Position numbers and translations under genes: made by a program. The notes beneath the pieces are model-generated. The model was not told where the DNA came from. It worked only from the letters and a program-made list of their open reading frames with translations, and did not search any database. Shown here piece after piece: positions 1 to 11,167 of a stretch of 64,000 bases of DNA. Origin of the DNA: Parasitella parasitica NRRL 2501 (lineage: Eukaryota; Fungi; Mucoromycota); contig MU619270.1 of the NCBI GenBank assembly GCA_025201805.1, positions 15,037 through 79,036 on the forward strand. Reading direction: 5' to 3'. Numbering within the stretch: position 1 is the first letter of the stretch; the number at the start of each line of letters is the position of its first letter.

Positions 1-2299
1 TTAAATTGAACCAAGAAAAAAACTCTTTGAATCTGTTCGGTATAGTTCCACAGTTGTGTTCGTGTCCCGTATTCTCTTATGTGTCCCATTTTCATGTTGA
101 TGTCCCAACCTAGTTTCGTCAACAGTAATACAACAAGAATCAATTCATGATTGAATGTTATACATATATGATAAATAAATAGCTTTTCAGATAAGGTAGC
201 CGCTTATCACACCATTCAATGCCTTATTGTTCTGTAATAATGCAATTTATAATCACACAATTCAATTTTAGTTGTTACATCTAAATTTACATTGAACCAC
301 ACAGGATCAGGACTCTTCTAAATCTTTTTTTGCTTCTGTTCAGGGGTGAACGGCATAAAGATTCGATTCCGTAAGATCGGCTATGAATTTGACATCTTTA
401 AATAGCACCGCAGCAATTTTTTTTTTTGAAGAAACCTAAAAAAGAATGCGAACAAGGCGCTCATTGATAATGACAGGTTAAAACCATGTGCTTCAACATT
501 TTCAAATAGGACTATGTCATTTCAAAAGTCGAAAATATTCGTTTTATCTGTATTTAGATGCTCAAACATCAAAGAAATTGTTCTTTGAGTGATTTTGTAG
601 GATTGATTGTTGTCGCGTTTCGGGTTTCATGATGCATTTATTATGACAGCCAGGGTCACTTAGGACCGATTCCTGAGTCCTGCGACAAGAAGGGATTGTC
701 TGTTCTCGGCCAGATCTTCCGTTTCAAACCATTTTAGGTAATTGTCAATAATTATAGCTTCAACTTCTAAATATAAAAGTTATTATATGAAAGTATTAAA
801 CTAACCGGTAAATTACTTGATAACTCGTTAAGGTATGTCACATTCACTGATCATCAGTAGCCCCGACTCATTTACATTTTTCATGTCTTGCTATAGTCCT
901 ATTTTTCCCTCATGTCATCTAAAAGACTTTTATATTTGTCTTCAAACATGACTGAATTTAAAAATACAAGGTATCATCTAGTCCACTTGGGCTATCAAAA
1001 CCTAATTTTCTAAATACCTTATACACCCTCTCGAGATCGCCTTGTCGCAAATGCTAAAAAATAAAAAATATTTTGGCAATTGTTTAGACAAACTGTTAAA
1101 AATAATCATTTCTTTGATTTTTTGCTCCATTTTCTTACGACTGAAAAAATTACGGCCATATTGGCCAATAATAAGTTTTCATTCTTCATTGGATGGCATA
1201 TGTTGTGAATCAACGATGCTTCAGAATTAAAGGAAAGTTTCTTAAGTTGTCATCATTAGTCGAGGCAAATACTCCCAAATCCATCGCCTTCAACGAGCAT
1301 TTCCATAGCTCACACTCACACTGATAACTTCAGGTAAACACTGCTCTGAATATGAAATGCTAATCGAGTACGCTAATTATAAACATATAAATATCCCCCT
1401 CAATTAACCCCCTTCTTGTTCTCTTGTTAGTCAACTCATATTCTTTGTCCTCTTCACACATCACCCCTCCTGCCTTCAATTGCCATTATAAGCTAGACAC
1501 ACTTACCAAAGATCCAAATATATGTTTTAGGTTGGTCCATTATTGAATCTGACTTGAGTTACAATGCTTCTAATTGATAAATCGTATGGCTTCTAATATT
1601 ATCAAACAAACATATAAATCCACAATATTTTTATCTTGGCACTACTATTGATGTCACAGCAACAATTCTATTAAATCACGCCTATTCTCATCATCATTAT
1701 TGCATGATATTAGAGAAAATGTACAAAAAAGAAGGGTCTGCAAGCTTTTTTTTTTTTTTTTTTTTTTTTTACAATTCGACATTTATTTTTGGAAAACGGC
1801 CAATTTCTATGGCCTGACTGTAACACTAATACCGCCATCATCAGTAAACGACACTGCAGTTTGAAAGGCGTCTTTGTTTTATTTAAACGACCAAAACCAA
1901 GAAGTAACTCATGACATACAGATAGGACAGCGCAGGACGGAATAAGCAATCAACAGAATCGGCGGTTCAGCGATTTAAAGCTAACATGCAAAACAAAACA
2001 AAATGGCCACATATCGTTTAACATCAAGGAAGCCTTCGGCAACACGACAATATTGTGGCAAGTTTTAAAAATAAACAGTGTAAGGATCGAGTTAATTGGT
2101 ATTTCTAGTGTAACATCTTATTATGAGTCTCCTTCTGAAATGGCTTCTTTGAGTGTTTTTTCCCCCCTTCTTTTTCCCTCTTTGTGAGATTACAAGCTAA
2201 TAATTAGAGTCTTTCCCCGTTCATTAATATAAAATAGCTCAGTTTATTCAGCTTTTCCCTTTTGCTTCTCTTTTCCACTTTTTTCTTTACAAATATATC

Positions 2300-3383
2300 A
2301 TGAAATTCTCACTCACAGCTGCTTGCATTTTCACATTTGCTTGCTTGTATTCTGTCAAAGCAGACAGCTATTCCGAAGCCATCAAAGAGTTTTGTGATGG
2401 TATGAATACAGACAAGACACGGCAACATAGCAATATCATATACTAACATGTCCTTCTTTCCTCTTTCAAATAGGCTTAGAGGTAACTGCCCCCTCTGCCT
2501 CTGAAGTATTCGTTGCTGGTCAAAACTCTACAATTACAGTCAGTAAGTTTCTCACTGTCCAAAGAGGCGGGGATCATTGTTTATATTAACCTGTATATTT
2601 TTAGCTCGTAGCCCCAACTCTCATGAAAAGACAATTACAGGTCTTGATGTACGTTGAAATACAAGTTGCGATAATCATTCATACTAACTAATATACGTGT
2701 ACAGCTATACTCTGTTGATCCTAATGGTGAACCTAAATATATCCAAAACACTTGGTTTGGTCAATACAGCTTGAACACCCAAGCATCGATTTCTGACGAG
2801 ATTCCTGCAAACGTCGAAGCTGGTCAATACATGTATCGGTGAGTAAACCAGCGTATATGTATCGACAACAAGTTACATAAATAGCGTCTGGGTCACTAAC
2901 ATGATCAACGGCCAACATGGTCCGGACTGTCTCAAGACCTCTCGCACATTCAAGGTCACCACCGGCTCTCACACCAACGATGCTGGCTTCATTTCTTATG
3001 CCCAAGCATTGGATGACCAAACTTACTTCAAGCCGGAATTTGCAAAGGGTTGCTTCGGTTTGAAAGTCAAGAGTCCTGTTGAAGGCTCTGAACATAAGCA
3101 AGGAGATTTTGTCACTGTCGAGTTGAAGCGCGATAGTGCTTCTCAAACTGATTCCTTGACAAAGATTGAAATCTATAAGGTCGTTGATGGTGTCAATGAT
3201 ATCTCAGTTAAAACCCTCTGGACTGGCTCAGAAGACCTCACTAACATTTTCACTTACAAAGATCAATTGAATATTCCTAATGTTGACACCAGTGCATCTT
3301 ACTATTACAAGGTTGATGTTACTAGTCAATTTGACGGGGAGACTTGTAGCTTCCAATCGGGCGCTTTCAAGGCTACTGCATAA
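2300..3383 (+). CDS. Secreted protein with two tandem Cys-paired beta-sandwich-like repeats (4 introns)
   Basis: ATG 2300 gives signal peptide MKFSLTAACIFTFACLYSVKA. GT-AG introns at ~2400-2473, ~2543-2604, ~2648-2704 and ~2839-2884 join it to ORF 2901-3383. Internal duplication is visible in the translation. Confidence 0.85.
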
Positions 3384-3513
3384 TAACCTGGATGGATAAA
3401 ATTGTAACACTATTATTCCTATAAACTTTTACATACATATATATATCCTATCTCTTCATCATTATATGTCAATAAAATTATCATAACGGTTTCAATCTGT
3501 ACATGTATCCTAT

Positions 3514-6500
3514 TTATTCAAAAAGGCTCGCTTTGATGTAGGTAGATGTGCTCTCTGTTCCATCCAAGGGTAAATCAAAAAAGAGCTTTCTGGCCAACTC
3601 AACATGCTGCTGATAGTCAGATCCGTTTCCGAATACAGGCCCACCTCGTTCGATGCTTGATTTACTGAGGATGATCCATTTGACCCAAAACTTTTCAATG
3701 GCTCGATTGATGATCACTGGCAGATCGTACCAAGCATTTTGCTTCTTGTTTTCTTGCTGATAGATTATGGACAGTACCTCGACAGCCACTTGACGTTCGG
3801 CTGGATTAGTAAACCATCCTAAAAATGATTCTACGGCCAACGCAAAATTAAATTCTTCAGGCGTCTTTTCCAAAACGATAGGATCTCTTGGTAAAGTATG
3901 GTTCCTGATGCAAAGGCCTTTAGATTGGTCGAGAATTGACCACACTTGAGGGAAAAAGTCGCAAGAGGGGACTCTATTGAGCGCACCGTCGTTTTTGCGA
4001 CGACGCAGCCAACGACCGTTGGAGTTGGGAAATAGAATGTGTATGTTTTCTAGTGTGATTTGTGCGGTTTGGCTGTTTTCTGTCTCGCTCTCGAGAGTGA
4101 AAGTCTTTTCAATCAATTCTGTAGGTCCGTCTTTGGATGACTGATGGGCTTCTAAAATATGCTCAACATCACCTAATATCGGTATTGTTAGCATGCACAC
4201 ATTCTGCTTAAAATGATCACGCGAATGTTCCTCACCTTTTTCGCCTATGAAAACATAGGAGTCTCGGTATTGTACACGATTAATTTTGGTGCTTCCCAGT
4301 TGCTGCAATGTAGCAATAGCTCCCTCGGTTAAGTTTTCAATGAACTCGTCTTTCGATGCGATAACAATGACCATTCCATCTGCAATCCAGTGGATAAACT
4401 GAACAAACGCCTGGCTTTCTTCTGTAGAAATGTGCGTATCGAATGAAGCACGCTCTAAAATGATGTTTTGGCTGCGATCAATTGCCCACACATGAATGCC
4501 GCGTGAGATTGCTTCCATAACGGTGCCATTGATTTCAACCTTGGCAAAATTACCGGAAAAGTACCCACCTGATTGTGCTTTGATAGACAGGCTATTCTGG
4601 TTATCTGAAATAAGTGGTATATAGGCATTATCTGTGGATTCCTGTTTTTTATCGCTAATGAAAAGGGTGTTGTTTGTGGACAGCATTAAGAATCCTCCAG
4701 GACGATCTCGTACCACCAGGTTATTCATACGACAAAGATGAGGGCCAGACAAAACAGTAAAAAGCAACGATTCCAACTCAAATGGAGAGAGCTGCATCAA
4801 ATGTTCAACTGATTCTTCTTCGTCGCTGTTGTTGACGCGGCTGATTTCTTCTCTCAGCGCGATGATAATGTAGTGCGTTCTCAAGCGAAGGATACCCTCA
4901 AACATGTGTGGGTGTGTACGAATGAGGTTACCCAAGTAAATAATGATTTCTTGTACGACAGGACCTTCACGCACATCATCCGTACTATAAAGAAACATTG
5001 ATTTGGTTAATAGATTGGAACAATGGTGGAATACGACAGCAATAGCATACCAGTGCTCAGTAATCATTTTATTCAGAGTATCCGGCGCAACAGGCATGGA
5101 AATCAGATATTCTTGAGGACCTGATCCAATACTAACTTGCTTTTGCCTAATAACCAGATCTGTGATGTTAATAGTAAGAGAAGGGACATTCTTGTGCAAC
5201 AATCCAGCCGCCTGTCTTGCAATGGACCAGTATTTGGACTTTTTAGACTTCAGATATACTTCTTCAATAAGATCCAAGATGGTAGATTCAAGTGCTTCGA
5301 CGTAATAAGTCATAGGTCTACAAGATACCATGTATTGAAGTAAATCTATGCATGCAATTGATATTAGAAACTCTGTATCCAAGTTCGAAGCAACACAAGA
5401 CTAACCTATTTGGTCATACAAGTTTACAGAGGCACCGAGACTTTCAACAGCCTGATTAAATTGCGACGAATCGCCCAACGTAAGAGAAAGCATCTCATGA
5501 GGAGAGCTTGACTGGTCAGTACCTTCTTTTGGCACGCTTCCAGTCTTGTTGGTAGTGGATGCAGGTGTAAATATGCCTGATTTTGGCGACTCGACCTTTG
5601 CTGCTTGCTTATTTACTTCATGACTCTTCAACTTGAACTGCTGTTGTTCAGAACTTGCTTTTAGTTCACTAAGAGCAGTAACTAATTCCTCAAAGTAGCT
5701 CTCGCCATGTAACTTATCCAATGGAGACGCCAAGGATTTACCGTAGAAGGTTGTATTTCTACGCTTTGGTGTTCTACCGCCACTCATTGATCCAGCACCA
5801 CCAGGAGTGCGATGGCCGGGAGTACTAGCTTGAGTTTTGGATTCATTGTACCCTAGCTTCTTTTTGTGCGTTCTGGATGCATGAGCAACACGTAAAATCC
5901 GTTTCCAATTAACTTCAGGCTTATTAATCAAGAAATCCAATGATTGAATGTTGCTTGTGTTGATCGTTTCTGCCAATCTACATAGTTTGATGCGCACCTC
6001 ACCTTCACAAGCGTAGCCGCCACGGAGATTAGTAAAGAAGTTGAGCAGGTTCTTTTTAGATGCATCGGCCGAATTAGATATCAGAATGTTGTTATTCTGC
6101 TTTGTTGTGCCTAAAAGGCTATGCGACAGCAAGACAACCATAGTAGGACGGCCGGGATAGTACCAATTCTTTTTGGTAAAAGTCAGCTCGTTTTCAAATT
6201 CGGATACCAAGTAGTCTGGATCAGCGTTGATATAGAATTCGTTATTGTCCATGAAATGAGGAGTGAATGCATATATCTGTCCTTGGATTCTGTAAAAACT
6301 AGATGTACCCAAGACACCAATAGGTCTGTAGATGTGTTGGGGTCAGTCTCAAATTGAAACATGCGTATATATATATATATATATATTATTGTTGCTATTG
6401 TTATTTTTACCTTTTGGGTCGACCTGTCATTTCCATTTTACTATTAAACCCTAACCCACCATAGACATCCACTAATGCTTGAGGTGGCAAGACAGTCGTT

Positions 6501-8388
6501 GTGGCTGAAATCTGATCTAATGTTTGCGTTTCAAGGCCATAAGTCGATAGTGCAGTTTGAAGTTGTTGATCCTCAGACAGCAGTACAATCTGAATCATGG
6601 TATCCTTAATCATCTTGGTACTGCAGAATCGACGACCGAGTGGATCGACTTCTGAAGGGCTCAGTAGATCTTCGGTAATTAGGCTACCTAAAAAGTATAA
6701 TGACAATGCCCATACTAAAGGTACGTTCTCATTGGGTACACGTTTTTGTGAATGAGGGTTTTCTTTTTCGGCTTGAATGCTTTCAGCAGGTACATAGTAC
6801 AATTCGGGTAAAAGAGGGATATGAATGGATGCATTCTCTTCATCGTCCTCTTCATCTTCGTGATCAGTGTCATCATTAATGTGATTTAACGGGATTGATT
6901 CTGAACGAGTGTGATTATTAGTGTTGCAAGTAGAAAAGCTGGATTCGCTAGACATTGTAGCAGAATCGACAATCAGAGGCTCTAACTTCTTTCTATAGTT
7001 TTCAGCCTGCTCGAGGTCTCCGGTAAACAGGCCCTCTAATACCATATACGTAAAGAACAATGGCCATTCCGATTCAATATCCTCAAACACCTTCAATTCG
7101 TTGGCATCGTAATACAAACGCGATGTATCCTCAACTGTTGTTTGATGTCCGTCTCTTAAAAACCGCTTCATACCGTATTTTCCCTCTAATTTTTTGATGG
7201 CTTCTTTTCGCGTGCGCTGAATCAATTCTGGGTCATCAACCGCAAATGCCGGAAATCCGATGATAGATAGCACTGATCCATCAATCTCCTTGGAATTGGA
7301 CTCTCGTGGCAAAAAACTGTGTAACGTGGTTGCATTTCGTGTCAGTTCATCTGGCAAGACATGGATAACCTGAAAATAAAATATAGATTTAGATTTTTAT
7401 ACCGTCTATCTCGTGTAACTGGATATTTACAGATGAAGGCCCACCGCGAGAACCAAACAGATTGACACCGTTGATAGCACGCAAAGCGGCGACCGCCATA
7501 CCAATAGAAGAGGAATTGAGCTCGGGTTGACCATGGTTGATCTTGTTGCCTCTTTCCCAAATTCCGTAATCAGGGGTACGATACGCACCTGAGAGCAAGT
7601 TTTTAGTAGTTTGCTGGGGCGGGGGGATTGCATAACACAACTTACGTTCAATGTAAAATACAAGATTTTGCACAAAATCGACTTCGTCTTGAGAGTATAT
7701 GATATTTAACCCTCCCGATGTCATATCGGCCAACGCCAGCAAGAAAAAACTGGTGGCATCGATTTGCAGATGTCCCCATTCAAAATCACCTACTACAGTC
7801 TCACCTGTTTGCGTATTGTATTTGGCGTGAAGCGAGTGTTCCAACGATTGAGTCTGTTTAAACTTTTCAACTTTGGCAGACTGACGCATCATTGAGAACA
7901 ACAAGCCCCTCATGAGTTTGACCACAGAGTACTGGAGCTCAACTACACAATGTGATGCATTCAGTCAAATTACGCACTAGCGTTTTCTGAGTAAAAGAAA
8001 GAAAAACACGCTTACAAGCTCTTCCAGTGTTATCATCTAATCTCTTGTATGCCAAAGCTAAGCCGTAAACAGCATATATAGAGTAGACGTTGTCTCTAGC
8101 GCATTTGAAATTCACGATTTAGATAAGACCTCCCAAAAATTTGCGTATGTATAATACTTACCTAACCCAAGCATCTGTATAGTCTCCATGACTCTATACA
8201 TGCAAACTGTGTTATCATTACTCTTTCTTGATGCTCCCTTCTTCTTTTTTTTTTATACATACCGTGATGGCTGTAGAGGCAGGCATTAAACCGCTCGAGG
8301 CATTTTGTTTTGCAATAATAGTTTTATTGATTACTTTATAGTAATAGTCGAGTCTATTCAGCGTATGTTTTTTGGATGATATAGTCAT
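3514..8388 (-). CDS. Phosphorylase b kinase regulatory subunit alpha/beta-like protein (GH15-like N-terminus) with inserted ILEI/GG-type domain
   Basis: Spliced motifs [68 protein letters not shown] and [15 protein letters not shown] match PHKA/PHKB. About 9 introns, three of them in-frame within the ORF track. Confidence 0.92.
6367..6386. repeat. (TA)n microsatellite in a PhK-like gene intron
   Basis: Seen directly. Confidence 0.9.
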
Positions 8389-9928
8389 TTTTCCTATGTG
8401 TATACAAAGACGAGAAAAAGAGGACAACTGAAAAAAAGACGGGTCAATATTGCTCATCTTCATGATCCCGTTTTATATTGATGCGGAGATGTCCTGAAAA
8501 TTTATTGGTACTTTTGGAGACAAAAAGCGGGGTTGCTTAGGGCATTTGTTAGAGTCGTAAACAATCATGTAAGAAATGGTTAAAAACGATGATCACAAGG
8601 GGTGATGCCTGAGATAAACGTATAATGCAAAACATCATTTTCCAGCAAAAAAAAAAAAAAAAAAAGAATAATGTACAGCATTAGAATGTAACGGAATGTC
8701 TCCCTCGAGCATGCATTTTGATCATATTTCACTGATAAGACGACGACAAAAGATACCTAATTGCAATCGTATTGAACATTGTTTGTGCAGTTCCATGTGT
8801 CATGTGCATGTATTCCGTCTGATAGATTTTTAAGGTTTTTGTTCCTGAAAGTTGGTGTTTACATCTATATTTATTCGAGCACACGTTACATACTAATGAT
8901 GTTTGTATGTGTGACATTAATGCGAAAACTGAGTATTTATGTATTGTTAGTAACTAGACATTGTACCTAGAAATTATAATTTACTTGAACAAAGTGAGTA
9001 AGAGGGAAATGTGAAACTGGAGAAAACCCACCGACTATAACTACTTGATCTGGTAAACGTCAGTCGATAACAAAAATTGCTAAACCTGTAATGTTGATGG
9101 CGTGTGCTCACAAGAAAAAATAAGACGCAAAGTGTTCAAAATCTTTGCGAGAAAGCAGAAGAATTTTAGCACAAGAAGGCTCTATACAAGTCTCAGATAT
9201 TTAAGACTGGAAATTGACACTCTCCAAGACTCAAATAACAGCATGAGTATTATGATATAGTGGCAAAAATTATCAGATTTATCTGGATACACCATTACTT
9301 GCATTCCTATCATGCTGTACCATTTGACTCTCGGCTAGAGCAGAATAAGTAGCAAGGAACTGTGTAATCTATCCAAAGAAGATGATCATGAGTAAAAACA
9401 CAATAGATTCAAAATAAATCTTCCCAAAGCCGAGTTTTTTTTTTACTATAAGGCCAAAATCGGGTTGAAAAAAAAATTCGATTTGCATAAAAATGAATCT
9501 AAGATCAACTCAATTTGTTGGAACATTTTTGAACAGCCAGAACACCGCGGTTCTGAAATAAAGTGGTCTCCGAAAGAACTAATACTTATTATCTTATAAT
9601 AATACTTACTTTGAATCAAGTGCAACAGGCACGTAAAAGGTGTTCAGGCAATGTTTCAAAATTGAGCGGAAAAGAAGAAAAGTGACATTAGGGACACAAA
9701 GATTTTGGGGAATACCAGCTTCTGAAGCAGCTTCAAATTGACGAGCATTTCAAAAAGAAAATACTAATCCAAATACTTATGAGCTGATTGTCAGACATGC
9801 AAAAACATACTTGAAAAACTACAAAATTTATTAGAGCTTTATATAAACTAGTTGCTTTCACACCGCAAATGCTTATTGTTAAAAAGTGATTTTAATAAGC
9901 AAAAAGGCCCAGAGCGGATCTTAAATCA

Positions 9929-11167
9929 CCAACAGGCAGCCTGCTCCATTTTTCTTCTATTTTGCCATTTTCAGAAATAAAATCTTCTTTCAAGAATATT
10001 TGTAGACTCTAATGCATATTTAACACCCAGAAGTGTAATAACATAGAACATGGAGTTGATTGTGCTCTATTCAATGGTAAAGTTTGTTTTATGATTTCAA
10101 CAAGAAATTGCATTGGTATTTCTGATAAATTGGATTTTCAGTGTATCAAAGAAAGTCAAAAATTTTGGCTTGAATTCTGCAAATAAACACTACCATTGTA
10201 TAGACACATTATTTTGGAACAAATACTTCTAATGTATACCATAGTGAAAAGTTTCGTCTTTTGGTTCAAAAATTGGATTTTGTCAAAAACGAGTTTTTAG
10301 ACGAGGTACCATAAGGCCAAAATTGAGTTGAAAAAAGAAGTTCCCAAAAAGCTGTCAATTTACATCANNNNNNNNNNNNNNNNNNNNNNNNNNNNNNNNN
10401 NNNNNNNNNNNNNNNNNNNNNNNNNNNNNNNNNNNNNNNNNNNNNNNNNNNNNNNNNNNNNNNNNNNNNNNNNNNNNNNNNNNNNNNNNNNNNNNNNNNN
10501 NNNNNNNNNNNNNNNNNNNNNNNNNNNNNNNNNNNNNNNNNNNNNNNNNNNNNNNNNNNNNNNNNNNNNNNNNNNNNNNNNNNNNNNNNNNNNNNNNNNN
10601 NNNNNNNNNNNNNNNNNNNNNNNNNNNNNNNNNNNNNNNNNNNNNNNNNNNNNNNNNNNNNNNNNNNNNNNNNNNNNNNNNNNNNNNNNNNNNNNNNNNN
10701 NNNNNNNNNNNNNNNNNNNNNNNNNNNTGATGTAAATTGACAGCTTTTTGGGAACTTCTTTTTTCAACTCAATTTTGGCCTTATGGTACCTCGTCTAAAA
10801 ACTCGTTTTTGACAAAATCCAATTTTTGAACCAAAAAACGAAACTTTTCACTATGGTATACATTAGAAGTATTTGTTCCAAAATAATGTGTCTATACAAT
10901 GGTAGTGTTTATTTGCAGAATTCAAGCCAAAATTTTTGACTTTTCTTTGATACACTGAAAATCCAATTTATCAGAAATACCAATGCAATTTCTTGTTGAA
11001 ATCATAAAACAAACTTTACCATTGAATAGAGCACAATCAACTCCATGTTCTATGTTATTACACTTCTGGGTGTTAAATATGCATTAGAGTCTACAAATAT
11101 TCTTGAAAGAAGATTTTATTTCTGAAAATGGCAAAATAGAAGAAAAATGGAGCAGGCTGCCTGTTGG
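9929..11167. repeat. ~440-bp near-perfect inverted repeat (9929-10367 / 10728-11167) flanking a 360-N gap; possible foldback/MITE-type element or assembly artefact
   Basis: The right arm is the reverse complement of the left. I noticed one substitution (10258 vs 10837) and one 1-bp indel (~10153 vs ~10942). Confidence 0.9.
10368..10727. other. Assembly gap (360 N)
   Basis: N run. Confidence 1.

Noticed and set aside
10328-10767. Two 135-aa ORFs on opposite strands
   Set aside because: Artefacts of translating the N gap between the inverted-repeat arms.
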